This document shows positions 1 through 13,026 of a stretch of DNA of 64,000 nucleotides, in pieces. The stretch is taken from the NCBI GenBank assembly GCA_964016885.1, contig OZ024745.1, positions 92,938,001 to 93,002,000 of the forward strand, written 5' to 3'. Numbering within the stretch: position 1 is the stretch's first letter; every line of letters begins with the position of its first letter. The notes under the pieces are model-generated. The model saw nothing but the letters and a program-made list of their open reading frames with translations, had not been told where the DNA came from and ran no database searches. The position numbers and the translations under genes are program-made. This DNA comes from Eledone cirrhosa. Taxonomy: Eukaryota.

Positions 1-87
1 TGCTTGTGTTTGATAAATATAATTCTGAAGTGTTTTTAAAGATTTGTACAAGTCTCATGAATTAAGTAGTTTAAAGCATAAATCACT

Positions 88-392
88 GAGATAGGTCACA
101 AATATATCACAATTTAAAGTTCTCAGATGTATTAGTACCTACCTATACCAGACTAACACAGGGATAGGTCACAAGTACATCACAGTTTAAGGTACCTATT
201 CTTGAACCACACAGGGATAGGTCACAAACATATCACAGTTTAAGGTACCACCTATTCTTGACTAGCACAAGGATAGATTACAAATATATGTAGTTCAAGG
301 TTGTCAGATGAACTGCTACCTATACCTGACTAGTACAGGGATAGGTCACATTTAAGGCTGTCAGATAAATCAGTACCTACCTATTCCTGACC
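88..392. repeat. Degenerate tandem repeat, ~55-75 bp unit (GGGATAGGTCACAAA...TTTAAGGT...CCTAT), ~5 copies
   Basis: GATAGGTCACA/GATAGATTACA recurs at ~90, 163, 216, 272, 340 with similar downstream text. Confidence 0.7.
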
Positions 393-405
393 TATGTGTA
401 TCAAT

Positions 406-1099
406 TACCATATACACTCAAATATAAGCCGATCCCCCTCTCCATTTTATTTCTGAGAAATGGGCAAAAGTCCAAACCCCATTTATAAGCCCAGGCAGCT
501 AATCAACACATTATGTTTAGATGACAGGGTTTTGAAATTCTTATGAGTATAGAATATATTTATGAAGTTTTAATATTTTAAGTGTTGTTTAAAATGTAGT
601 TTTTGTTTCACAGCTCCATTACATTAAGTTTCAACAAGTTTCTCGAATTTTTTATTACTTCTGGCCACTCACATGCAGAGAGTATTTTGAAAGCAAGAGA
701 TCGAATAAGAGAACTTTGTATAGGGATTTATAAAGTAGAAGAGGGAGGGCGAGACAACAAGTGAGAGAGAGGAGTGGCAGAACAAGAAAAAGAGAGAGTG
801 TGAGCAATATAATCAGAGGTAAGAGTTGAATATTACATAAGACTGAAAGAAGTCAGAGAAAAAAAGTTCAAATTATAAAAATTTGATCAAAATATTTTCA
901 AGGGAACACTTAACACCAGTGATGATGTAAATGTAGAAAAACAGGGTTTAATTGTAAAATAATCACTCCAGATATTTTAACACCTTATTTATGTAGAATT
1001 TGAAGTTGGTGAAAAATCATCAAAATATTGACCCCAAATATAAGCTGATCCCCCACTTAACTATGTTTTATTTAGTCACATATTCAAGCATATACAGTA
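406..1099 (+). mobile_element. Non-autonomous Tc1/mariner (Tc2/pogo-like) DNA element, inserted in an older TTAA-type MITE
   Basis: Termini TACCATATACACTCAAATAT / ATATTCAAGCATATACAGTA are imperfect inverted repeats with flanking TA; homologous partial copy at ~48809-49400. Confidence 0.6.
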
Positions 1100-1539
1100 C
1101 TTTTGAAATTTTGAAGAATTTAATGAAATAGCTAACCTTTTCTGATATTTGGAACATTACTTAACAAAAAATTCTCAATGGCGGTGCCCCAGCATTGCCT
1201 CAACCTGTTGGCTAAAGCATGTAATAAAGTAAAAATTCTTAAATAAAATAATGATGAAAGGTTTTAATATAAGTATATGAACATTTTAAAATGAGCAGTT
1301 GTGTATCATAAAACCAGGGTGGTTTCAAGTAGGTTGGTATTAAAAGGTTTCAAATATAGGTGTGATGGTGTAACAGTAAGTCTTCATTTTAATCCCAGGT
1401 TCAAATCATTTCATTAACTTTGCTGACATATTTCAAGAAGCTGGAAAATCTGCAATTTCCACTTTTACTTTTCTTCAACAACTCTTAGACCTAATTTTTA
1501 CGTAATAAATATTAGTCACAAGAACTCACTTTTAGAATA

Positions 1540-1938
1540 TTAACCCTTTTGATACCAAACTGCCTGAAACTGGCCCTGGTTCTATAATACTACACTGTAT
1601 ATCTTAAAGTACTGTATTTCCCAGCATCAAAGACGCTACTTTTTTCCTAAAATAAGTCTAAAAAATCTACCATGTGTCCTGGAGGCCGAAGGTTGTTTAT
1701 TATTCTTTTTCAAATTTTTGGTTGTCAAAATTAGGGTGCATCCTCGAGGACGAAGCGTCTTTGGCACCGGGAAATACTGTAATTATATTTTTCTCAAAAC
1801 TTCCATCATAATTTTATGTAAGAAGCTTTGTTAAGTTATGTTCCAGACACTGGCTTAATGTGAAAGTTAGTTATGTTTTGAACTTCTTTGGCAATTATAG
1901 GCAGTGTGTTTCATTAGTAGAGTTAACAAAAGAGTTAA
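1540..1938. mobile_element. piggyBac-like MITE, family 2 (TTAA-CCCTTT...AAAGAG-TTAA), carrying a nested Tc2-like MITE
   Basis: TTAA-flanked termini; internal sequence is the reverse complement of copies at 1100-1350, 9450-10276 and 46649-48740. Confidence 0.55.
1610..1781. mobile_element. Tc2/pogo-like MITE, ~170 bp
   Basis: TIRs TACTGTATTTCCCAGCATCAAAGACGC / GCGTCTTTGGCACCGGGAAATACTGTA with TA ends. Confidence 0.75.
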
Positions 1939-2183
1939 CATTATACAGAAAGAAGTGGTTGTCAAAAACTAAAACTGACTTGTCTTAATGACACCTAACT
2001 CAATAAGTGTTTCACATCTATGTAAGAATCTATTCTTTCATAGTTAAAAGGTTTAATAACTACAAAATGTTCCTAACACGCTTTTTTTTAAAACAATTTA
2101 CACTGACACTTTGTATGTTGAAATTTGTCAGAGAGATAGTATGTATGTGTATATATATATATCGATAGATAGATAGAGGAGGG

Positions 2184-2219
<36 letters not shown>

Positions 2220-3294
2220 TTGGGGAATGTTGGGAAGATAAAATGCTCTTAATCAGTGTCATTATTCAAAGAATAATGACTTCTGCCAATAAAGCATATC
2301 AAACTAACAATTGTGAAACCTTTTTTAGTTATAATATAATGAGTGTGTATTGTTGGTAGTTTATTAACAGTGAAGATGTAGTAATGTGTCTGGCAACCTA
2401 CAGAAAACATAATCAATAGGACAGCTATAACTTATGCTTCTACCTTCAATTCTTTTCCATTATGCCATCATCAACAGCATCATCATTATCATCATCATGT
2501 GCACCAGCACCGTCACCACTGGCATCGCCACCATCGCCTCTGGCATTGCCACCAGCACCATCGTTAGCATCACCATAACATTGCCACCATCACCACTAGC
2601 ATCATCACCACCACCACCCTCACCATCACCACCACTAACAACAACAATATCACCATCACCACTAACAACAACAACAAGAACTAAAAATCCTTGCCATTAT
2701 TATAGTCAGGTGCCGAATCATCATCATCATCATCATCATCAACATTGCCAGTATTTTGCTCGCCATTATCATGTGCCATGATTATTATCATAGACATTAT
2801 GTAATAACTGACAGTGAAATATTAGCATCAATTATAATCCTCAACCGTTGTGCTAAATATATCTATAGATATGCTGAAATGAATTTAAATGATTCCAATT
2901 TGCTGTAGAATATTGATTTCGATTTTAATAATATATAAATAGTTAAAATTAAGAGCTTAAACGACTGGGTGTTAATATGAATGCTGTTGTTTGTTTGTTT
3001 GTATTTGTTGTTCTGTTTTTTTGTTTTTTTAACACTCTCAATTCAATTTCCAGAAAATAATTCCGATAGAATAAATAAATAAATAAATAATAGAACTAAA
3101 CCGAAGCATTCTCTAAGAAGAACGATTAAATCTGAAGTTTATATATAATTAAACACAGCCCAAGAGAATTATGTCTCAAAAACTAATAGAGACAGCTAGG
3201 AAAATTTTTTTTTTTTAATTGAAAGTAATAATGCTGACCTGGGTATTTTACAATATTGCTGAAATCCAATGAAGAGGCATCTACATGATCATGC

Positions 3295-3630
3295 CTTCTT
3301 CTTCTTCTTTGCCCAGTTATTCCTGAGAGGGTCGTGAGGTCAGAATCCTCAAACATCCTTCCAGGAAGTCCTGTCACAGAAGCAACTGTCTCCAACTGAT
3401 CAGGCTGGATCCCCAAGTGTGACCAGCCAAGCTCATTGATGTTATCCAACTATCTTACTCTGGGTCTCCTGCTAGTTGATTTTTGCCCAATTCTTTCCAG
3501 AGACATTCTAACCACATGCCCATAGTATCAGAGCTGTGATCTTCTCCAAGCTATGCACTTTATCGAGTAACGTTACTCCAAAGACACTTCAGAGGAATCC
3601 CATTTCTGCTGCTTGTATTTGCGATTGTAT
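3295..3630 (-). mobile_element. Degenerate 3' end of an RTE (Expander/Rex3-like) LINE with (GAA)n tail
   Basis: Minus-strand translation pieces IQAAEMGFL..GVTLLDKV..YGHVVRM..RPR..LDNI; GAAGAAGAAG tail; short sister copy at ~4940-5051 (+). Confidence 0.7.
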
Positions 3631-3888
3631 TCTTTCAGTCATGTCACCTGTTAGAAATAGCTGCCAATCCTCCTTCAAATCTATCCCAGCTGTCTTAAGA
3701 AATCAGGAGGGTCACATGATTACATTGGATGATGTAATCATGGATGTGCTATGTCTAAAAGAAGACAGTAAGGTCATATTTTGAATGCTTTTGGTCATAG
3801 GTCTGCTCAATCAGGGCTGACTTGGTGCTAAACAACAGCAACAACAACTGCCATCACACTGCCATGATAGTAATTTCTTAGCTTACTG

Positions 3889-4327
3889 CAGAGGTTCTCA
3901 AAGTGGGCGCTACAACCCCCCCCCCCCCCCCCCTCCCCCGGCTTAAGGTGATGGTAGAGATGATATAATAATATATTAAATATCAAATGATTCATCATCA
4001 TCGATTAACGTCCATCTTCCATGCTAGCATGAGGCAAGTTGTGTCAGGTGACCGTGTCTCACTCATATAGTAGTGTTTCTGGTTGGTTTTCTACAGTTGG
4101 ATGCCCTTCCTAACACCAACTACAATATAAATATATTAAAATAAAAGAAATATATTTATTTATACATTGTATATTTTATATTATTTATTATATATAAAGT
4201 AATGATTTTATTTATTATATATTATTTACAATTTGCATGTAGGCAGGTCTCTCTGTAAATAGGGGGGGGGGGGGGTACTGAGGATATTATGAGGTGGGTG
4301 GTGGCCCAAAACCTTTGAGAACCTCTA
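3889..4327. mobile_element. hAT (Charlie-like) MITE with 8-bp TSD; contains an RTE-tail fragment at ~3990-4120
   Basis: TIR CAGAGGTTCTCAAAG / CTTTGAGAACCTCTA; flanks GCTTACTG (3881-3888) and GATTACTG (4328-4335), 7/8 match. Confidence 0.75.
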
Positions 4328-4369
4328 GATTACTGGATTGTTAGATGTTATCAAATGATTAGAAGAACT

Positions 4370-4930
4370 CTTCAGTTGTGTCAAATACTTCTGCAACTGT
4401 CTAACTAGGAAGATGGCATCTATAGTGCTTATCCTGGGCACAAAGCCAACCTGCATCTCATCAAGATTAATTCTGTTCCTAATTAGTTTTACAATAATTA
4501 TTTCTGTGACTTTCATAACCTGATCTAACAATTTGATGTTACAATCATTTCCTCTCTCTAGTGCATCTTCTTTGTCCTTGTAGAAGTTGAGAATGATCTG
4601 CTACACCAGTCATTGGGTATGACATCAGTAAGGATAAGTGAGCTACTGTCATTCCACATAAACTTCTCTCCAACATTTCAGTTCTCCTAAGTACACTGTC
4701 TTGTAATCTGGAAACACTCTACACCCCTGATTCTCACATTGCAGAACATTGGAAAACCTCTTGCTTTCAGCCTCTCTTTTTGTTTCATAGATCTGATGTC
4801 TAGCTTCTCTTCTAGCTACTTGGTATAATATAATTTCTTGCTACCACCGGCCTTTCAGATATTTCAAGCCAGTCTCTTAGCTTTCATGGCCCTATCTACA
4901 GTACTGCTCCTCTAACACGTCACTTTGACT
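4370..4930 (-). pseudogene. Degenerate RTE LINE RT fragment
   Basis: ORF 4325-4531 DQVMKVTE..LDEMQVGFVP..STIDAIFLVRQLQKY matches RT of the 55765-57420 element. Confidence 0.8.
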
Positions 4931-5675
4931 GGTCTTGTTTGGGAGCCAGTCGGATCAGTTGGAAATGGTTGCTTCTGACTGGACCCACTGGAAGGAATGT
5001 TCGATGACTCTTCCTCTACAACCGTCTCAGGAATAAGTAAGCGAAGAAGAACTTAGAAAATGTTACATATGTAAGGTTTCCATTGGAGAAAGAATTGAGA
5101 AATTGTAAGATACTTTGAGGGTTTTAATTGTATGTTGCAGTCTGACCCTGATTAAGTAGAATTCTGGTTAAAGGCATTTCAGATATGACCATCAAATCTT
5201 TTTAGTAGCATTTATGACTACATTATCTTATGTATCTATTTTTTTAAGACAATATACTTGTCATTCGAGATTTTGCTGTTATGTTTAGCAAGGCTAGCAA
5301 CCACATAGAAGAGTTAGGAATAACTTCTTCCAGTAATATCTGATTATGTGACTAGCATATCTCTTCCCCCTCTAGATATTTTCAACATCTTAGCAACTGT
5401 CACTAATTATTCAGCTACTGTCCTTTGCCTTCATAATCTTAATGGCCATTTCATGCATATAGCTGTCGATTTCAATATCTCATTCCTCTGTTGACTTTAC
5501 TTGGGGAATTCCCTTTCTTTCTCCAAAGCATTCTCCTTATTCAGCAACTTCTTATAGCAGCATTTCAATGCCTCTTCCTTCTCAGCATCAGAGAAAGTAA
5601 GAGTGTCATTACCATTATATAAATACATTTTCATCAATATTGTTCTGATTCATACTGCTATGGAATCTTCTCATT

Positions 5676-6156
5676 CCTCTGATTCTCACATCACAGAACA
5701 TTGTCAAACTGTACTGTTTACTACTGTTCAGCACCTCTGATTCTCACATCACAGAACATTGTCAAACTGTACTGTTTACTACTGTTCAGCACCTCTGATT
5801 CTCACATCACAGAACATTGTCAAACTGTACTGTTTACTACTGTTCAGCACCTCTGATTCTCACATCACAGAACATTGTCAAACTGTACTGTTTACTACTG
5901 TTCAGCACCTCTGATTCTCACATCACAGAACATTGTCAAACTGTACTGTTTACTACTGTTCAGCACCTCTGATTCTCACATCACAGAACATTGTCAAACT
6001 GTACTGTTTACCACCTCTAATTCTCACATCACAGAACATTGTCAAACTGTACTGTTTACCACCTCTAATTCTCACATCACAGAACATTGTCAAACTGTAC
6101 TGTTTACTACTGTTCACTACCTCTGATTCTCACATCACAGAACATTGTCAAACTGG
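5676..6156. repeat. 58-bp minisatellite (~8.5 units, two shortened) expanded inside a decayed RTE ORF (5490-6250, -)
   Basis: CCTCTGATTCTCACATCACAGAACATTGTCAAACTG... recurs at 5676, 5734, 5792, 5850, 5908, 5966; unit resembles RTE sequence at 56680-56720. Confidence 0.9.
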
Positions 6157-6349
6157 ATTCTCACTGTCTGAAACCTTGCTCAATCTGAATATCTAGTTTT
6201 TCGTTTGCAACAGGCTGTCTAGTGGAATTTCAGTTATCTTTTATGCTATAGTACTCTACCTCCCCCTCTCCCCCCTCATACACATTACCTGGTATTTCTT
6301 TGAATCTATATCTTAAAAGAGAGTTGATTCAAAGAGTTCTTACAAAGAA

Positions 6350-6740
6350 GAAGAGGAGGCACAAAAGAGAATAGTCATTGAGGAGGTTACAGAATGTGTG
6401 ACGAAAGAATTTTGACAAATGAATGAATAATGAGTAATAAAGATAGAGATCAAATGGAAATCATATGGTGTGTCTGTTGCTTTTTATTGGCAATATTGGT
6501 GACATGACCATCCCCAAATATAACAATATCGGTTTCAACACACAATTTCACATCAAGAACCTTGCAGAACAAATACATAAATTCATAACCATACATGAGT
6601 TGAATAATTCTTTTTAGGTGAAACACGTGTACTCAAGAATGGTTTCGTAATTATTGTGCAATTAACTCTATACCAAACTCAAGCTTTGAACCAAGTGATT
6701 TACCATCTTTGGATGTAACTTCCTGATTTTTCACTTATAT
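6350..6740 (+). mobile_element. Decayed Penelope-type pseudo-LTR with two degenerate hammerhead motifs (6373-6416, 6595-6635)
   Basis: agtca-TTGAGGA-ggttacagaatgtgtgac-GAAA-gaatt-ttgac and gag-TTGAATA-...-GAAA-cacgtGTA-ctc; homologous to 14757-15530. Confidence 0.55.
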
Positions 6741-6829
6741 ATATGTATGTAAAAGGTAAACAGAAATAACAACACAATCGGTACAGTATATGGAAGGAAT
6801 GTATTAGGTTAACACTTGAAATAGCAGGA

Positions 6830-6880
6830 AGAGGGTCTTAATGTTTTGGACACTAGTCCTTCATCAGAAGAAAGAATGAG
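6830..6880 (-). ncRNA. Degenerate hammerhead ribozyme (Penelope-type)
   Basis: Minus strand tctt-CTGATGA-a-ggac-tagt-gtcc-AAAA-catt-aaga; GAAA core mutated. Confidence 0.45.
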
Positions 6881-7009
6881 AAATTAGAAAGATTGAAGGG
6901 ACAGGCGGGGCGGAATCGGAAAAAATGTTTTTAGAGAAAAATAACAGGTCCATTCATGTTGCCATCTCTTGGATGCTGGCGTTTTGTGTATGATATACTT
7001 CTTTAGAAA

Positions 7010-7894
7010 AGTGGATGATGGAGCGCATCTACCTCACAAAAGGTTTCTCTCTAAAAATGAAAGGCAGATTGTATGATGCTTGTATACGACCAGCAATGTT
7101 ACATGGCAGTGAGACATGGACATTGTGTGCAGAGGACCTGCGCAGACTGGAAAGGAATGAAGCATGCATGCTCCATTGTATGTGTAATAGTAATATACAC
7201 AAACGGCAAAACATAAATGAACTAAGTGAGAAATTAGGAATAAGAGGGATCAGATGCTGTTTACTTGAGAGAAGATTATGTTGGTACAGTCAGGTGATGC
7301 GCTTGAAAGGCGATAGCTGTATAAAAAAGTGCAGGGCGATCAAAATTGATGGAAGTTACAGAGTAGGTAGACGCAGAAAAACCTGGGATGATTTGATAAA
7401 TTCTGACCTTGCACGCTTGCAACTCTCTAAGACAATGTCATTGGATTGAGATCGTTGGCGCCACACTGTAATACAGAAGAATACGTAAGGAAGACGGCTT
7501 CCTTATGTGCAAAGTTAACCTATAGTCAGTAGGCACCTCCAAACCAAACATACACCCCTACTCCATCCCCCCACTCCTACCAACACCACCCTTTCTCTAT
7601 AAAGTTATGTTGGTACCACAACATCCAGTCCAAACTAATGAGGTCATGTAGGTGTCACAACAAAAAAAAAAAACACAGTCCACGCTGTAATGTGGCCGTG
7701 TAGGTAACACGGTAAAAACCTCCCAGTCCACACTGTAAATGTGGTTGGTGTTAGGAAGGGCATCCATCTGTAGAAAACCTGCCAGACAGTCCTATACGAG
7801 CGAGGCACAGTCACCCGACCAATCTTGCCTCAAGTGGGACAACTCCTGTCTAACCCATGCTAGCGTGGAAGATATACATTAAACGATGATGATG

Positions 7895-7897
<3 letters not shown>
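7010..7897 (+). mobile_element. 5'-truncated RTE LINE (family 3): RT C-terminus plus 3' UTR and (GAT)n tail
   Basis: ORF 7015-7449 [30 protein letters not shown]; tail CCCATGCTAGCGTGGAA...AAACGATGATGATG. Confidence 0.9.
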
Positions 7898-7941
<44 letters not shown>

Positions 7942-8104
7942 AGAGAGATTAAGTGGAGGCAGTGAATTGGCAGAGTCGATAAAATGACATCAGTTCTGTA
8001 TGAGCAAGACGTGGTCACCTGACCTGGCATTGCCCAGAACAGGGCAACTCGTCTAGTGTGGATAAATGGACGTAAAACGGTGATGATGATATATACATGA
8101 ATAA

Positions 8105-8137
<33 letters not shown>

Positions 8138-9150
8138 TATAGTATGTGAATAAATTCTAGATTAATATTTTACATTTTAATATTAAATATTTGTAAACAA
8201 TAAATTTCAATAGAAAAATAATGATGGCCTCCTGCTAGAATCATATCACTATTCTATTGCTTATCTGGCAAATATCTCTGTGTGTCATCTAACAAGTTTT
8301 GGGTTTTTTTCTTTTTACCAGCAAATAATATGAACTGGAGCATAAATATACACATACGCATATATACACACACATATATATATACATATACATACTTATA
8401 CACAAATGTGTATACCCAATGATATACAGATATATATTTATGTGTTTGTGTGTGTGTGTAACAAGAGAAACTGGAGCATAAATACACACATACATACACA
8501 CACATATACATACATATACACATGCATATATATACCTGATCATATACATACATATGCGCACACACACATATAAATACATTTACACAAATGTGTATACCCA
8601 ATCATATACATACATATGCACACACACACACACACACATACACAAAAATATATACATACATAAGCACACACACACATATACTACACAAATATACATACCC
8701 AATTATATATATATATGTGTGTTTGTCTGTGTGTGTGTAACAAGAGAAACTTCACCAGTTTGAAGGTAAAATAGATTGTCTGGTTAACTTTATAGCTGAC
8801 AGTAATCTTACTGATCTGTTAGGAAAGATCATTTAATGATATTGATTATGTCTGGTTATATAAATAGGCCAAATATTAATGTTTCCTCTCTATAACAAAG
8901 TGGAGAGTTGTTATTTATGGCTTCTGTTTTATATGATCAATGTCTGTAAAATGGAGTCAGTTAAGCAAGCTAATTGACAACTGAGCTGAAGATGTTTAGA
9001 GTTCAATATCAACTCACTGTTTGATTTCGAATTTTGTTGTACAATAATATTATTGAGTTATAATTCCAATAAAACTTGTTAGAGTTAAATTTCTGCTTAA
9101 ATTTTTACCTAATCAAGTAAAACCACACACAATAATCACAAAGTTAGGAG

Positions 9151-9332
9151 TTAACCCTTTCACATTTACATTACTCTATATATACTATTGTATTTTCATG
9201 GTAAAGGCTTTACCTCTCATAATTATCTCACATAATATCGAATCTATCCGATTTTGATATCTATTTTGAGAATAATACCTTAACATCAGTATGAGTGGCC
9301 AGTTATGGCCGGTTTAAATGCTAAAGGGTTAA
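9151..9332. mobile_element. piggyBac-like MITE, family 1
   Basis: TTAA-CCCTTT...AATGCTAAAGGG-TTAA; 8 related copies in the window. Confidence 0.75.
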
Positions 9333-9449
9333 AATGTTACTACACCTATTGTATGTATTTGTGGTGTGTAAGTGTTCCTGTTTTAAGGATCTTAGGCAAA
9401 AGTATAGACCTGTTTGTCTTGATGCTGTTTATCTTTAGATCAACTCTGA

Positions 9450-10276
9450 TTAACCCTTTCATTCCCGTATTTCTAATGACATATACTGCCCATTGGTTTC
9501 AATTAATTTTGAAAATGATGAAAAATTTGGAGGAATTTAATAAAGTAACTGCTTTTACTAGCAAGTTAATATTTAGAACATTACTTAACATTATATAAAA
9601 CTGAGGATGTCTGTCTGTGTGTGTGTGAGTTTGAATCCCTAAAACTAGAGAAGCACCCAATCGACTGTTTTCAAACTTTACACATGTAATACTTATGTTT
9701 CAGGGAGTGTTCTGAGCAAAAACAAATTTCAAATTTTCAATACCTTAGGGACCGCATTAGGCGATTTAGTGATCTCTCTCTAGAATTCTTAGTCTTTCTC
9801 TTTTTAGATAGATACATACGTATAACGTCGCACCCTTATAATATCTGTCTGTATGTCTAGCTATCTGCATTACGTCACTTTCTACAATTCGCTCTGCGTC
9901 CAGAACGCGCCCTTATAATATATGTCTGTATATCTGGCTGTCTCCTGCCTCCGATTATTCTGCCACCCTGGCTCAAGACAAATCTCACACTCATTCCCCA
10001 AACAGTTGGTAAGTAACTTCTTTCTCACGTTTTAAACCACAGTGTTGCTTACTTACGTACCACCAGACCCTTACTTCTTTGCCAGCCGTGGTTGTGGCAA
10101 TACTAAGCTTAGCTAAGGCGGTTATATATTTCACAATACCTTACCCGTGAAACACCAGGTACCACTGCTAGTCTAAAATAAAACCACGATGGAGGTTTTT
10201 AATATAACGATAAAGATTTTTAAATGAACAGTTGTGCATCATAGGCCCAGGGCTGATTCAGGCATCAAAATGTTAA
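9450..10276. mobile_element. piggyBac-like MITE, family 2, interrupted by a Helitron
   Basis: TTAACCCTTT start; host sequence resumes after 10172 and matches copies at 1100-1350 and 48596-48740. Confidence 0.55.
9592..10171 (+). mobile_element. Non-autonomous Helitron, ~580 bp
   Basis: 5' TATATAAAACTGAGGATGTCTGTCTGTGTG; 3' imperfect hairpin ACCCGTGAAACACCAGGT followed by CTAG-T; no TSD. Confidence 0.65.
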
Positions 10277-10359
10277 ACAGAACTATAATATTCTTGCTCC
10301 AATCACTCTGTCCCTCCCATCTTACTCTCTCTCTCTTTCTCTCCCTGGTTCTTTTTCTG

Positions 10360-10830
10360 TTATCAACACGACCACTTTACGGTGTGGACTGGGTGCTTTT
10401 TATTGTGTCACCAACACAACCACTTTACAGGTTGGGCTGGGTGCTTTTGTCATGTTGCCATCACAACCACTTTACAGGTTGAGCTGGTCATTTATTGCCA
10501 TGTCATGTTGCTGGCATGACCACCCTATAGGGTGAGATGGGTGCTTTTTGTCATGTCAGCATCACAACCACCTTACAGGCTGGGTGCTCTTGTCATGTCA
10601 CCAACCCAACCACACCATAGGGTAGATCAGGGATCTTCTGCCATGTCACTAACATGATCACTTTACAGGGTGGGCTGGTTGCCTCCTGTCATGTCCCCCA
10701 CATGACCACATCACAGGGTGGACTGAATGCTTATTTGTCATATCACCATCACAACCACCTTGCAAGGAGGGTTAGCTGCTCTTTTGTCACCAACATGAGC
10801 ATCTTACATGGTGGACTAGGAGCTTTTGTT
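10360..10830 (-). repeat. Old degenerate tandem array of the ~48-bp RTE/SINE 3' UTR motif
   Basis: Repeated ACCACTTTACAGGGTGGACTGGGTGCTTTT-like units. Confidence 0.7.
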
Positions 10831-11059
10831 GTGTTGGGATGAACTGAGAGCTTTTAACCATTTCAGCAGCATTGTGGGAGAGCGTGTTCAGCTTTCCATA
10901 CTTGTATACACCATCAGATGAAGAATGTGGAGGTCAGAGTGCATGTATGTACTTAGCTGGTAATGGGTGGAGTGATTAAGATGTGGGAGGAGGGGAGTGG
11001 TGCCACAGTTTGCAATTGGGAAATGGGATTGAATTTCTACCTACTCCTTTTCTGCACAC

Positions 11060-11445
11060 TGAGCAAGCCATTTCCCTGAGGGAATCTGGGCCTCATTTTT
11101 CTTTCTACATATTAGGAAGATCTGTGAAGGCTGGAGAGAAATGAAGTGAGTATGCTCCAATGGATGTGTAATGTTAGTGTGCATGAACAACGTAGCATAA
11201 GTGAAATAAGAAGAAAACTTAGCATGAGAGGAATTAGATGTAATGTGCAAGAGAGAAGATTGTGCTGGTGTAGACATGTGATGTGTATTGAGGATAACAG
11301 CAGCATAAAGAAATGCAGAATAATTGGCAAAAAGTGTAGTTGGCATTAAGAAAAGCATCCTGCTGTAGAAACGATGCTTTGTCCAAAGTTTAACTATAAC
11401 CCATGCTAGCATGGAAGAACGGACATAAAACGATGATGATGATAT
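11060..11445 (+). mobile_element. Degenerate RTE 3' fragment with short inverted 5' piece
   Basis: ORF 11146-11349 MLQWMCNV..GIRCNVQERRLCW; RTE tail; 11060-11110 is reversed RT sequence (QIPSGKW). Confidence 0.75.
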
Positions 11446-11469
11446 TATAATTATGATAATAATAATAAT

Positions 11470-11668
11470 AATGATTTCTGATTTAGGCACAAGGCCAACA
11501 ATTTGGGGGGAAAGGAAAGTCAATTAAATCGACCCCAGTGCATTACCCTGCAAGGATGAAAGGCAAAGCAAACCTCAGCAAGATTTGAACTCAGAACGTA
11601 AAAGGCCGTAACTCTATGTGGCGAAGCAGGGTCTCCGACGTTCTACTGATTCTGCCAATCGACTGCCT

Positions 11669-11670
<2 letters not shown>
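11470..11670 (-). mobile_element. tRNA-derived SINE (octopus OR-like type)
   Basis: Matches 22926-23110 family: GAGTTCAAAT B box, TTTGCCTTTCATCC core, GGCCTTGTGCCTAAA tail. Confidence 0.75.
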
Positions 11671-11699
<29 letters not shown>

Positions 11700-12639
11700 C
11701 TCTGGAGCTAATTTATCTTCAGTTAGAAACCTTTTTACTTGATCAGTTAAATTAAATTTTACTTCTATCACGACACTACAAACACTATAAAAAGTGAATT
11801 ATTCCTTCTATCACGACACTACAAACACTATAAAAAGTGAATTATTCCTTCTATCACAATCACACTTCATATGATGCAATCTCTTGTCTGAATATAAATA
11901 TAGTTAATCTAGTTTTGAAGATTATTCAGTTCAAACAAAAATTAATGAAGTTATGCAATCAGAAATGAAACTATTGAGATTTTTAATCACCTCATCTTCT
12001 CTGTGTACTTATTTAGAAAGTATATGATGGAATTAAATACCATTGTGAAGCATACTTAAGAAATAATACTTAAAAGCATGGTTCAGGCATGGCTATCAGT
12101 TTAAAAAGTTCACTTGGGAACTACATAGTGATGATGATTCTTATGTTAAAATAAATATAAATATTGACACACTGTTTAAAAAAGAAGCAAGTGGTGATAT
12201 TTGTTTAAAAGTTTCAATGAAGACATTGATAGTTTGCAGGAACGGGGTTATGGTGATAATTGTGTCTTTGATTCACATACAACTGGTCTTAATGATGAAT
12301 ATGTTCTTCATCAAAGTTAAGCTTCATATGGCATTGCTTTCTCCACTGAGCCCTATTATTGGCAATACTTCTCAGCTATTAATATTCATATTCAGACATT
12401 TCAAATTGTCCCTAAGCTTGTCTTTATGATGAAGTAGTGGTTGGCCTACTTTTCTACAAAAGCCTTTGAGATGAACAAATAAGACTTGCTTTGGGATGCT
12501 TTCATCATTCATTCTCAAAACATGGTCACACCATCTCATCTGAAATTTGATTAAAAATGTCTGTTTTCCTTGCTAGCAAAGCTTGGAAGGATTATCAGAA
12601 ACGAAGTCAGTACTTAATATAATAAATAAATATATATAT

Positions 12640-13012
12640 ATAAGCAAAGAGATATTTAATTTGTTGGTTATTCAACAAATTTATTTATAACAGATTCTTC
12701 TGGAGTATAATATCAATGATATTAATAAATGGAAACTATCTTTATAAAACCATATTTATTTTATTATATATATTTCAAGGGTACCAGATAAAATACAAAA
12801 GTAGTTTTATAAATAGTAGTGTTATAAATATTGACATATCCAAAACAAGAACTTATCATTTTAAGTTCAGTTTAGATATGTCAATATTTATAAAACTACT
12901 TTTGTATTTTATCTGTTGAAAGCGTACCAAAATTTTGGTACCCTTGAAATATATATAATAAAATAAATATGGTTTTATAAAAATAGTTTCCATTTATTAA
13001 TATCATTGATAT
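12640..13012. mobile_element. Palindromic Penelope-derived mini-element with hammerhead motif (12895-12970, +)
   Basis: Inverted arms ~12707-12840 / 12875-13012; tattttat-CTGTTGA-aagcgtaccaaaattttggtaccctt-GAAA-tatatata-ataaaata; flanked by (TA)n. Confidence 0.75.
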
Positions 13013-13026
13013 ATATATATATATAT

